A stretch of 64,000 bases of DNA from positions 186,001 through 250,000 of the forward strand of contig MU058584.1 of NCBI GenBank assembly GCA_013265495.1. Reading direction: 5' to 3'. The stretch comes from Vicugna vicugna (lineage: Eukaryota). The notes beneath the pieces were generated by a model. It was given only the letters and a program-made list of their open reading frames with translations. It ran no database searches and was not told the DNA's origin. The first letter of the stretch is position 1; each line of letters opens with the position of its first letter. Below are positions 52,227 through 64,000 of this stretch, in pieces. The position numbers were made by a program, and so were the translations under genes.

Positions 52227-55200
52227 TCCCCTGGGGCTCCACTGAAAAATGAAGAGTGGGACTGGAGAGTGGGTGAGAGAAATGCTTCCTCCTGCCTTCT
52301 CGGTGACAGACAGAGAACTGCCTCATAATAGAATTTAAGAGATAAAAGAGGAAGAAAAGAAGCTGCTTTATTTTTCACCATCTGCCCATCTGCTTGGGAA
52401 GCACTGGACCTCAGACGCCAGGGCAGCAGCGGTTCTCCAGTGGCTGTGTAGCCCTGCTTCCTCCGCTGCTGCCTGGCATAGATCTTTTTCTGTACCTTTC
52501 CAAATTGCTTTTCCCTCTGTATTGGTTTTGTGTTTAAACAGTCATCTTCTTTCCAATAAGGCCCACTTCCCCTCTCTGCCATTTCACTTATGGGTATAGT
52601 AAAGAGACTTTTATTTATAGCAATGCAGTACACTGATGTTTCCACCAATTAGATCTTTCATCAACTTAATGCAAACTAGTTGTGGATATTGTGCTTACTG
52701 GAAAACACATTTCCAAACCAGAAGAGCCAAAAGCATCCCCAAAAGAGTTAAAATAATTTGGAGCTTTAGGTAAAAGGAAAAATCCCCAGGTGGTAAAGTT
52801 TATCTTGGGATTTGCGGTTCACACCTGATACTGCACGTGACTAACTGTGTTGGGGGTCGGGGATGGGGTGCAAGTATGAGAGTGAAATGGAAGAAAAGGG
52901 CCAATGGTGGGGCTTTGAAAGAGGAGATAGCTCCATTAATACGTTCACTTAAAACAGTGAAAGTTTGATTTGATTGCAGTTTAAGATTAAACGCACAGCT
53001 ACTATTTATTATGAGGACTCTAGGCCGCTGAGTGTTAGCACACGTACCTATGTCTTCTCTATATTAATCAGGTGCAGATCCTCAAGGACCACAGGACAAA
53101 TCCTTCATCTTTATTCTGAATCTGCATACACTACACACTTTTTATTAATATGATGATACCAAATTCAGCTCAGGAGCATGTAGGTAACTTTAGGCTTAAG
53201 AGAAAAAGCTCTTGTTTGTTTAATTGATAGATATTTACTCCTTTAAGACTATGCAGACAGACATGCTTGGGTTACTGCTGGGGGCGTGCATCCCATAATA
53301 TGGCAATAATTTTCAGTTCTCCAGTGAAAAGGCAGTGGAGGAATTAACTCCTTTGTCCTCCCTTTTTTTTTTTTTTTAAGAAAACAGAAAATCAAAAAAC
53401 TTACTATGTTCACTTGTGCTTTGACTACTTTCTTCTCTCTGATTTCTACCTTTAACTTCTAAAGTGAATCTTTTAATCTTCTCCTCCTTTGAAACTTTTC
53501 AATCTCTCTATAGAAGTCATTCTGCAAACACTGCTTCTTACCCTCATTGACTCACCTTTGTCAGATTTCTTCCCTTCCATTCCACACTGTTATCAATCTC
53601 TTCCTCCTTGCAAGAAAAGGAAAGAGAAATAATGTCAACTCCTCAAGGATTCCATGTAGCCAGTTAGTTTTCTGCCTGTGAAATTAGACATGGCTCCTAA
53701 ATAATTCTGAAGCATCACCAGTACTTCTCTGGCTAGTGATGCCTCTCTGCCCAAGCCAGTTAGGTGCTTTCTGAGGAAATCAGTTTAACTCTCGTGAGGG
53801 GAAGAAGAGGGATGTGTTGCTCTGTTCCCGGGGAATCTGGAGTTTGAAAAGTATCAGTTAGCCTCCTTTTTTCCTCCATGTACAAACCGTTTTAAGTCAG
53901 GGCAGCACTCTTCTCTGACTTGGCCACCCTGGGCCATCTTCAGACAAGACCCATTTTCCCTGGGGACCACCTTTACTTCTAACAGGTGCCAAGGAGGAGA
54001 AGGCAGGTGCGTGGAAGACCGTTAGGTTACAGGGAAGTCTTCTCATGGAATGTCTTCTCCTGGCCCTGCTCCTTCCCATTCTGTCCTATGCATTAGCTGA
54101 ACAAGAGGCCGTGACCGTGGTTAGTAGGCAGTGGCCACGTGATCATTCCTAAGCTGCTCATCTTCTCCTGGAACTGTTGTCACTGTCACAGCAGATGCAA
54201 ATCGGTTTGCATGGAGTGATCACAGGTGGTGCTGCCTTCCTCTCCTTTGCACTGACTCACAAGAATAAACCATCACGTGGACTTCTTGTTCTCAGCACTT
54301 GCTTTTCCTTCACCCCTCCGTTCGCAGCTTCCAGTGCTCATTTTACCAACTTGTCGGCCTGACGACTTTGATTATGTCACCTTAATGCCTCTCTTTCAGG
54401 TGACAGTGTAGGTGAAGGTTGGGAAGGAGTCGTGCCCAAGAGAGAGGGGGTGTCAGAAGTGATGAAGTTAAGGTCCCTGTGGAGCGACCACCAAGAGCGG
54501 TCTGGGAGCCTTGCCTTCCCTTTCTACTCGCTGGCCCTTCAGCTCCTTGTTACCTGTTCTGGAACTGATCTTTTTGAGATGAGGGAACAGGACCCTCCTC
54601 AGGGTGAAGTTTTAGGAAATGAGTGAAAGGCAACTGATCAGTGCAAAGATGTATTCTACTTTTTTTTTTTTTAGAAGTATTCTACTTTTTGAAGTGCTGG
54701 CAAAGCTCTTGTTAATCCCTGGGCACAATGGTAGTTTTTATTTTAACATCTGTATGCTAGCACAAGGCCCTTTAGGAAGTGGAAGGTTGCTATGCCTGAT
54801 CAACAAATGAAGCTGGTCTTCTGGCTTAATTTTTTTTGCTGAGATTACCTTTGGGAGCTTGCAGCCAGGAATTGTAGGGAATGGGTGGGTGTGGGTGTAT
54901 ATTTATACATATATAATTGTTTTTAACTTATTAAGTTTTTAGGTGGCATTTTGCAAGCTTATGAGAAAATTAGATAAACTCATGGAGAAAGCAAGTCTGC
55001 CTGTTATTCGATGACTTTGTGCCCTTTGGGTCACCAATACTGCTCTCTTGGGAAGTGATGGTGGAGACTGCTGGAAATGATTTTTCCATCTAGTTGCAAC
55101 TCCCAAGTTTCTAAGGCTTAATAGAAGTGGATATTCCGTCCTACTGACTACTGAGTCGGGAGCTTATCCCCCATGGGGTTAACTCACTCAGCAGAAAAGG

Positions 55201-57410
55201 GACGCAGCTCCATTAGAATGGTAGTATAAAATGCCACTTTCCAAAGTTAGGATTTGTAAAAGGATTATCTCGAAACAAATGTATTGCTTGCCAGGCTTGT
55301 AGTTTAGAAACTTTACAGTAGATTATTGAGTGGGGTTTGTCTTTTCCCAAGTAAAAAATTCCCTGTGCTTATAAAAGCCCAGAGCATCTTCTAATTGTTT
55401 TTTTTTTTTTAATGACTAAAAGCTCCAACACAAAGCTGGCATTTCTTTGCCTTTTCTTCTCAGTAAGAAGTAGACACGGAGGTATTTGAAAGCAGCAATG
55501 TTATATGAGTCATTCTTGAGTGTTTTGAATAAACACTAAGAAACACAAGAAACTTGGGATGCAAACTGATTTTTCTAGCATTTTTAAAGAGACACTGTCC
55601 TAATTAAACTTTCCTAGCTCCCTGAATCTTCCTCCTGGGCATGTGCCCCCAGTAGTCACAGCAATGACAATCTGATGACGCTGCTGCTGTGGCATTTGGA
55701 GTGATTAAAACTGGAGAACTCGCAAGCTCCTTGCAGTTTTTGTACTATTTTCTGATTCTTGCCATTTTACTAAGCTCAGGTTGTGAAACTTAACTGAAAA
55801 TACCACAGGGGAAGACTTATAACTGTATTTGACTTTCTAACACATTGAGTTTAGTTTCAAAGCAGCTTCCACATTCAACAATTTATTAGAAGTAACCACT
55901 TTTACTAAAGAGCCAGAGTAAGATCCATACCCCGTCGGTCTGACTCCATGGAAGTTTTCCACCACAAAAGCCCTCTTCCCCCTGCACACGGCCGGGCCGA
56001 CCGGCGTCCTGCTGCAGAGTCACAGGGCTGAACTTCAAATGAGACCTTTCATACCGTTGGCCGTTTTCATACAAATTAACCTCTCAAATAAGATTGCTTA
56101 ATGTCAAAATTGGTAGACATTTATTACCACTTATGGACCCCTCATTCTTTACCAAAATGTTATTTTTGTCAGTCCTGAGTTTTTTAATTTATCGAAATTA
56201 GGATCTTTGCTGCTAATATGAATACTAATTGTAACTTTTACCTTAAAAACAAGAGTAAAGCCTAACGAAAGAAAAGGAACTGTAAGAAATTTTTATTTTT
56301 ACCCTGAATAATACCTAGGAGGGAGCAATTTCTATTTCCCCTCACCCCTAGGGGTTGTGGTTGATTTTTAATTTTCTAGGAAACAGAATATTGGACTACC
56401 CAAGAAGATGTTGCCGGAGTCCAAATGGAACTATGCACATTTTTAAAAAATGCATTTTTCTCTTACCTGCAAAAAGAAATCAGTGTATCCTGTTAACTTA
56501 TATTTTTAATGACTAAGCTAAAAACAAAGTTTATTTTGGATAAGACTAGAACTTTTAGCAGTTTATTCTAATATCTGTTTGTTAATATCTGTCAGGTCAT
56601 CTGTCAGAATTTATGAAAAGAAGGATGACAGAGGCATACTGATCAGGCGTTTGATTGTATGTGTGACTCATGTCATGCCTAGTCACTGTCGAATAGTGGA
56701 CCCCATTCTCAACGTACTAGTTTGCTAACCTGAAGCTTTAGGGACTTAGCACATTAAAGGCTTTTAATTAGATCAAGTTGGGGAACAAAGGAGTAAATAA
56801 GTCATACTTTATTATTTGCCAGGGTCAACAAACAGCACACTGTTTGGCTGCTTGCCCCCAGTGAAGTTGGTGACCATTAATTAATAAGCAAACCAGGAGG
56901 CTTGGCATATCGCCCGGTAGGATCATCCTAGACAGAGATTAGCAGGTTGACACTCATGGTAAATGTATATTGGACCATTTTAGCTCACACTCAGCCCTAA
57001 TTTTGAGGTCAGTCATCTGGATAAGAGATGATGGGGAAATAGAACTTTAGATGAGAACTACTATGCACTACTGGCCTTAGAGAGACTAGTTTCTTGTTCT
57101 CATCATGTTGGGAACATGGTTGGGCTCAGACCAATAGTGCTTCTCCCATGGAGCCATTAGAACCTGAGGACAGAGTGTTAGAGATGCCATTTCACCAGGA
57201 TTTTCTTTGTAAGGTTGTATCCCTCCTAAATCAAGAATGAGTTAAAAATGAGGAGGAAAGATATACCGTTTACTTCCTTATTAGTTACGTTGGTTTACAA
57301 CACACAAAGAAACAGTGGCAACAGACTATATGACATGCTTTTAAGCAAGTCTTGGTAATGCAATACTCTTTCTTTGTCTAACACTCAAATAAAGAATTTT
57401 TTAAATTGCC
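52227..57410 (+). other. ATF6: Probable long ATF6 3'UTR (~5.2 kb)
   Basis: Runs from the stop codon to AATAAA at 57388. No recognisable interspersed repeat inside, and MIR/L2 remnants resume just downstream. The 3' end is inferred. Confidence 0.65.
52598..52603 (+). terminator. Candidate proximal variant polyadenylation signal AGTAAA
   Basis: Variant hexamer ~370 nt after the stop, followed by a U-rich stretch and CA at 52621. It would give a short ATF6 mRNA. Motif evidence only. Confidence 0.3.
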
Positions 57411-57425
57411 TTGTTTTGTTCTGTA
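57388..57425 (+). terminator. Candidate distal polyadenylation signal AATAAA (57388-57393) with downstream GU/U-rich element
   Basis: caAATAAAgaattttttaaattgccTTGTTTTGTTCTGT: canonical hexamer followed about 18 nt later by a UG-rich tract. Confidence 0.65.
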
Positions 57426-58859
57426 TATTAGGAAGAGAAAAAAAAGGCCTAAAATGAATCTTCAGTGTGAAGTCATTAGTAATGAGAAGGTAAGCCTAAA
57501 AAGATTTTATGGCCTGTTACTATTTAGATGAAACAATCGAACCCTTTTCCACTCTTCTTCCCAACCTATTAAGTAAAAGTTTCCTTTATTGTGTCCAGTC
57601 TTTGAAATACAGTCTTACAAAGGGGAAAAAAAATTTGTAAAAACTCAAACTTCGTCCTTCTACATAAGGAAACTGAGTTACACAATCACACCAGTGGCCT
57701 CTTCCCAGATTGTAGTGACATTTCACTGTGCAGGAAGCTAGTCACTGTAGACTGACAGCAAAGAATCCATCTGGGAATAATGAATGCAGGCATTTATTTA
57801 CTGAGGACCCAGCGTATGCCTCAGACACTGCAAGTTCACTAACTTATCTTACTTCATTTCCTAAGATGGTTACGTAACTAGTAAGTAGCAGAGCCAGTAT
57901 TTGGACCCGGGCCATTTCGCTCCAACACGTGGATTCTTAACTAACACTGTATTGTTCCACCTCCCAAGATGTAGATAAAAGCTCACTGTGGCCTGTGGAG
58001 CCAGATACGGGAATATACAAAATTACAGTAACGGCAGTGTTCTCTCTGAGGCAAACCTACATTTGCCTCCTAAGGTACCTTAGACCACTTTAGAAAGTAA
58101 GACAGCAAATACCCTCTTCTGCAGAGAAAAGTCCACACACATTGGAGGCTAGGGGGTTGGGCAGCAGAAAAGGAAAAGGGGACCCAAGCAACATGGTTTG
58201 GTCTCTGCACGCTGGAGCCTCTCAGGGATTCATAAGACTCCCTGGTGGCTGGAAGGCAGAAGGACTTCAAACTGTTGTGCTAAAATGTAAATCTTCATGG
58301 CCTCAAATAGTCAGTAAAAGCCTGCTGCACACACAGCTTCTCATCAGTGTTGTTTTGGGGAGTGAAAGAATGGGAGTAGGATCCAGTGTGGTGTAACTAG
58401 TGCAGAAAAAAGCGTGAGACAGAAGAGCAAGCATAATTCATAAACCAGTCAGTGACGCAACAGAGGTAAGTAAGGAAACACAGCTCTCCCCAAACCCTTG
58501 CCCTCCGGGGACCCTGCCACAAAATCCGTACGGGATTATCTCCCTGGGACTTCCCACTGGATGTGGGATACTGTTCAAGCCAATTTTGGATCTCAAAGGG
58601 TAACTGCAACTGGTATTTAGATTACACAATACATGGTGCTGGAAACAGAGGACTCTGCTGGCATATACTCTGCAGCTTATCTAACCGGTCCTTTTTTGTT
58701 ACAAGTTTCGACCACTTCCAATGTTTTACTAACCACAGGAAATCTATATATTTCCTATAGATGTAGATTTATCTATACATAAATCTATATCACTCACTCT
58801 ATCACAAATGCCTAAAGAGAATCCTTCCCTTAGTTGACTTCATGATAACAGCTGATGCA

Positions 58860-59095
58860 ACTGAAGACTTAACCTTTGCCAGACGTTGTGATAAGCATTT
58901 GTAAGCATTAGTTTATAAACTTTACAGCAGCCTTATGACATAGGTATCATTATCCAGATGTTACAGGTGAAAAAAAAAATGAGCACAAAAGATTAAGGAA
59001 CTTATCTAAGAACAGACAACTAGCACATACCACAGCTGGGATTTGAAATTAAGTCTACCCTGATTTTAAAGCCATAGTCTTTCTACTATAGTACA
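58860..59095 (-). mobile_element. MIR SINE
   Basis: ttacagcagccttatgacataggtatcattatcc...ttacaggtgaaaa...gctgggatttgaa. Confidence 0.75.
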
Positions 59096-60820
59096 TTGCC
59101 AATCATCTTTTAAAGCCATAAAGGATGCAGCAGGAGACAAAGTGGAGAGGAAGAAACCAAGCCACACATCACAGGCAACCAGGGTGTTGAGGAATGTTCA
59201 GGAAAGGAGGACAATAGCTAAGAGGCAAGGTCCAACAAAGCTGGTGGGTTTTCTTGAACAGCTCATTCTCTCTGAAGGCATCTACTCAATGCCGATTGCA
59301 TTCGGAGCCCACAGTGGATGGTTGCCCTGCTTCTGGACTTCAATCCTTGGGGTCCTCATCTTGGATGAGTTACTTAGTGGGATGAAGACAAGCTGGGTGC
59401 TCCTCTAATTGAAGGACCCATGCTTGGCCAACCTGCCCACTCTCCTCAGGTCCAAGATCCCAAGTGTGACCATTCAGCTCCATCCCCAGGGTGCATCCAA
59501 CTGTCTATTCTTTTGATCACAAGTTCTGTTGTCTTTAGAAAGTCTTCACTGCAGAATTAACTTCTAGTGTGGATGCTGAACTATGAGACAGAGAGAGATG
59601 CTTTTGTAAGAGGTCACTAATCTCCAGGTGCAAACCTGAAGTGCTTTGGTCCTGAAGTGAAGGACATATCTTTAAAATAGATGTAACAAACAATATTAAG
59701 AAATGGATCACCTTGTAAGATTATTTGCAGCACTGTCACTCCCGAAAAACGGTACTCATTTAGATGGGGGGCACCGTGTGAAGCCAACCAAGAAATATTT
59801 CCAGTTTTTTACAGGTATCGCCCTGTTTCTGCATACATCAACTGGTTGCAAAGGAATAACTGACAGCCTCCAAAGCCATCCCTGACTCTCATTTCTTAGG
59901 TGTCCTGCTTGACTTTCAAAGCCTCTGGGGGTGTTTGCATTGCCTGAGGACGGGGTGGAACTTGAATTCTTGGGCTTAATTTCTGCATAGACAGTGGGCT
60001 AAAGCTAGTGGCCCCAGAATTTAAACCTTCACCACAGATTCTAAGTGTTGGACCAAGCTCAGGCATCTACCACTGATCTGTAGGAAACTCTGCAGATAAA
60101 CCAGACAGCATCCTTGTCCTCCAAGACATGTGAATAGTGTCTCTTCCATGGGTCTTTGTGGTCACCCGTCTTTTCCCACAGAAGAGTAAAGATAATTTCC
60201 AGAAGATTGTATGATTTCTGGTCAGCCTGAAAATAAGTTTAGTTAGACACAAGCTACTCTCAGGAGAGCTTTGGGATGGAAGGTTCATTGGCCAGCATCT
60301 TTGTCATGGCCACAGAGCTCACCCACTCGCTTGGCTGCTGGTCCTGGGACACACAATGGTGTGCTTCACCACATTGTCTCCGGTTTCCTGGACATGCTGG
60401 AATTTTCTGCTCAGCATCTTGTTCACATCAGATCAATACATTGCCCCCTCCAGCCTGGCAGCCTCAAGCAAGACAGAATTACAGCTACCTCCACACCATC
60501 AGCCTGGCTGTTTCCATCAAATCCTCTGCTAGGGGAAACTGAAAATTCATCTTAATTTAAACAGAATGAGCCAGAAAGATGCTGAAACATATAATCTCTT
60601 ATTTTAAACGGCTCCATGGGTCCGCACTCAGGTGAACACAACTAGATGCACATACCAACTCACAGCATATCCGGGGCTCATTCCATCTCCCCAAGATTTA
60701 ATCTGGTACAAGTCAGCAGGACATGAACGGTCCAAGAGGGGGAAGATCTACTCTTAGAAAGTCAGCTTCTTTTCCAAACTCTCACCTCTGCAATTTCTTG
60801 TTTAATATGTGGCATCCCTT

Positions 60821-60874
60821 TTGACACAACATTGTAAAATGATTATAAATCAATAAAAAATGTTTAAAAAAAAA
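60821..60874 (+). mobile_element. Extreme 3' tip of an L1 (~55 bp)
   Basis: ttgacacaacattgtaaaatgattataaatcaataaaaaatgtttaaaaaaaaa resembles the terminus of the L1 at 4150-4200. Confidence 0.75.
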
Positions 60875-61377
60875 CCCACCTGCATGCTATGAAGCATGTT
60901 TATGAAAAGCAGAAAAAAAAAAGTGTCATCCTTGAAGGACAGAAAACTCTAGAAGGGCAGGAAGCCTGTAAGTACCTAATTCACTCTTTTGTCTCCAGTG
61001 GTGTTACGACTTCATGTGCTTGGGATATGACACTTTGAGCATTTTAGGCTAACTCAGTATTCTTTGTTGAGTGACTGAGCATTTAGAGAGCCACAGACAG
61101 ACACTGTCTTCCCGGGACTGTACAGGAGACTGGCATTTGTTGCCTGTGTTTGCTGTACCAGCCACATCACCAGATGCAGGTGCTCATGGTGCTCTCGCAA
61201 TGTGGGACTCACCACACCAGTGCCGAGCAGGAGGGACACACAAGATGAGAGCCCCGCCTTCCCTCAACAAAGGAGGCAACATCAGCTTTTCCCTTCTCTT
61301 TTTTATTTCTTCCCACTGCTTCTTCCTCTGATTTCAGTCTATGGCAAATTGGAGGTGGACTGAGAGAGGCTATAGAC

Positions 61378-61567
61378 CAGGGGGTCTGCAAGTGTGACCG
61401 CCCCCCTCCCCACAATCTGCAGCAGCAACAGCCCTGTGGAACTTGCTAGAAGTGCAACTTCTCTGGCCCCAACCCAGACCCACTGAGTCACACTCTGAGG
61501 CTGGGCCCAGCAATCTGTGTTTTAACAAGCCCTCCAGAGGATTCTGATATGAGTTTGAGAACCACCC
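61378..61567. mobile_element. MER5A-like hAT MITE
   Basis: ggaacttgctagaagtgcaa...cccagacccactgagtcacactctg...cccagcaatctgtgttttaacaagccctccag...tttgagaaccac. Confidence 0.85.
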
Positions 61568-62242
61568 ATGTAGATGCTGGTCAGAGAGGCCAGAGGAGTG
61601 AGGATAGCAGACTTCCGCCAGAGATGAAACTTCCTGGGGCTGCTGTCACTGGGGCTCTAGGGAATTTCCTCATTCACTCTCTTTTTGAAGACTGCAGGGA
61701 TTACATCTTGAGCATCCACAGTCTCCCATCCCTTGTCACATCACCTGGCCTCCTGCTACCCTGGGTGACCTCACTCTCAGCTGAGCAGCTGGAAATCCAG
61801 GCTGCCCGCAGACGGGGAGCTGCCCTTAATCAGAGGTGTGCCCTCAGCCAAGTCAGCAAACCCAGGGCTCAGGGCTGCGTCCAAAAGAGAGAGACAGACC
61901 TGCCTGTTTGCTTCCCCGCCAGATCCGAGACTCTCCTGGGGACTGAGCTCCTAAAAGGACTTGCCTGGAACCAACACTCTTCGCTGAGGAATGGGGAGGT
62001 CTCCCGGGCTGCAGTCAGCTCTCCCCAGAGCAGGTCTTCACCTTGAGGCCAGCAGAGCCCTCAGTGCACTTGGCAGGGATGCCCCAGAGAGACTGCTCCT
62101 CACCCCGCTGGGGACATGGGACCTGTCCTGCACCACCATCTCTCACCTTCAGAGCTCTGAAGACAAGAAGGTCTGAGCCCCAGGCTCCATGACGTTTATT
62201 CAGTTGGCTGCAGGCTCTAACCCCCTTCAATACAGCGCTAGG

Positions 62243-62421
62243 CTGTGGTTCCCAAACTTGGCTGCCTATTGGAATCACCTGGGGATCTTTTAAAAAAATA
62301 CTCCTGCCTGCTCCCACCCCCCAGATGTTCTGATTTAATTGGTAGAGGGTGTGACCTGGCCATAGGCGTGTTAAAATTTCCCCAGGTGATTCTAATGTGC
62401 AGAAAAGTTTGGGAGCCAATG
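62243..62421. mobile_element. MER5A1-like hAT MITE
   Basis: TIR-like ends gtggttcccaaactt ... aagtttgggagcca, plus internal inverted gaatcacctgggga / tccccaggtgattc. Confidence 0.85.
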
Positions 62422-62899
62422 AACAACTTCTTCTGAGGCCAAGACCCAGCTCATGTTCTAATGTTTAGGGAACAATGCAGTCCTAGAGGCAGAAGGTAGA
62501 GCAGGGTTCCAGGGGCAAGAAAAAAATGTGTTTGAATCATCAGACAGACTCAGATTTAGCAACTAGCTGGTAAAGAAAGGAGGGGAGAGAGGTAGGGGTG
62601 GGGGCTGGGGGGCATTGGAGTCACTGGTGGAGATGATGTCAGACATTCCTCCGCGATGTAAGAAGTGGGGAAACGCATGAAAATAACCATGGCTGTGAAA
62701 ATGGAACTTTCTGTGAAATGGCATATTCTTGGAAGGAGAGGGAAGGGGAGAAGGGGGAAAGGGGGGAAAGGAGGGGAGGGAAGGGGGAAGGCCCCAGGCC
62801 AGAGAGAACGCAGAGGGAGATTGGACCCCAGGCCTCAGGAGAACTGGGAAAATGACAAGAAGATGTGAAAAGGCAGGGGAAGGAGAGGAGGGGATGGTT

Positions 62900-64000
62900 T
62901 GAGTTCACATGAGGAACAGGGGAAAGAGGGCGCTGCTGACCCAGAAGAAGCTGAAGCAACAGGAGAAAAGATAAGCCGGGAGGGAGAGCGGGAATTGACC
63001 GCTAAGAAAAGAAAAACACACAGACTCAGAATTTGACCCAAACCCAACCAACCTCAGGCTTGGGCCAGAAGGAGCGCTTCCCAGGAGAAGGCTGAGGGGA
63101 CAGCTTCTCACCACACAGCCCCTCAGGGGCAGGGACAAGGCGCAGCTGACTGCCCACGTGTCCCCTTTCCTTCCTCCTCCACGCCTGGCTGCGCAGAGGA
63201 AGGAGCTTTGGGCCTGACGTTGGAAAGCCAGGTCTTTCCTCTTCGACGTTTCCCTGAGGGAGAGAGGGCAGTGCCCCCGAGGGACACGGGCCTCAGGCTC
63301 CCGCGGGTCTTGAGGGGGGCCGCTGCCCTTTCCTAAGCCTGACACCAGCCCCTGATTCTTAAATCTCACCCTAATGGCTTCCCCCAGGGCGAGACTTCCA
63401 AATACTGAGTCACCGAGAGAAAAAAGCCTTGCAGACCAAACCAAGAAAAATGACACAGGCTCCTCAATTCCTGGACGAAGACTTCTCACGACTGGGTGTG
63501 ATTGTAACCCACGTGTCTATGACAAGCCCCCTGCAAAGTAACTATCCAGCCTCGTCACGTGATGTGGCCCCTGTGACACTCAGCACGTCCTGGGAGGTGG
63601 GCAGGCGGGTCCCATCTTGGCTCGTGAGATGGCCCGGGACAGAGCAGGCACCGAGACCCCAGCCCCCCGCCTGGGATCAGTGCTTTCTCCCATCGGAGGG
63701 TGTCAAGTGACGTGCTGTTCAGGCTCAGGGAACCAGCTGTGGTTACTGGAAACTAATGCCAACATCAGGTCCTACAAGATGCTGGATGCTGTCCACCGGC
63801 CAGCGTCTCCTGGGCACCAGGCTGGCCCTTGCTGTGCCAGGCCGGGTGGCCCCGCGGTGCTGCTGCTCAGGCCGTTCCCCCCACCCGAATGTCTTGCCAG
63901 CTTAGAGGGGCCACAGGAGTCACACGATAAAGCTCTGAGACGTGCAGCTGGGAGCAGCCTCCGAGCACTTCAGAGTTTCCAGTCAGCGGTTTCCTGTGGG
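62900..64000. promoter_or_regulatory. GC/CpG-enriched region, candidate distal regulatory element
   Basis: GC and CpG density are visibly higher than in the rest of the window, with three CACGTG E-boxes. Function is inferred only. Confidence 0.35.

Noticed and set aside
58760..58791. Small AT-rich hairpin gatgtagatttat-ctatac-ataaatctatatc
   Set aside because: 13-bp low-complexity arms, plausible by chance or slippage.
61549..63710. 165-, 134-, 194- and 93-aa ORFs near the window end
   Set aside because: Stop-poor GC-rich DNA, partly within MER5 MITEs, with no recognisable domains. I see no exon of a neighbouring gene here.

Overview
This is eukaryotic (mammalian) genomic DNA, very probably from a camelid, because it carries two tRNA-derived Vic-1-type SINEs. 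The window holds the 3' end of ATF6 (ATF6-alpha, the ER-stress transducer) on the + strand. That comprises the tail of the preceding intron, the 85-nt penultimate exon (12690-12774), a ~39.2-kb last intron, the last coding exon (52018-52226) and a probable ~5.2-kb 3'UTR ending near AATAAA at 57388. About 6.5 kb of downstream sequence follows, becoming CpG-rich at the end. The introns are full of old repeats (L2, MIR, MaLR/ERVL LTRs, hAT-Charlie) and younger L1/SINE insertions. Subfamily names and boundaries of the old repeats are by-eye estimates. Nearly all ORFs in the supplied track are spurious or L1-derived. I see no evidence of a new multi-gene system. The most notable observations are: a near-perfect fold-back hairpin inside an old L1; a twin-primed L1; a perfect 107-bp tandem duplication; two possible routes to a C-terminally truncated ATF6; tail-only and orphan retrotransposition scars; and an ACGT-motif cluster downstream of the gene.
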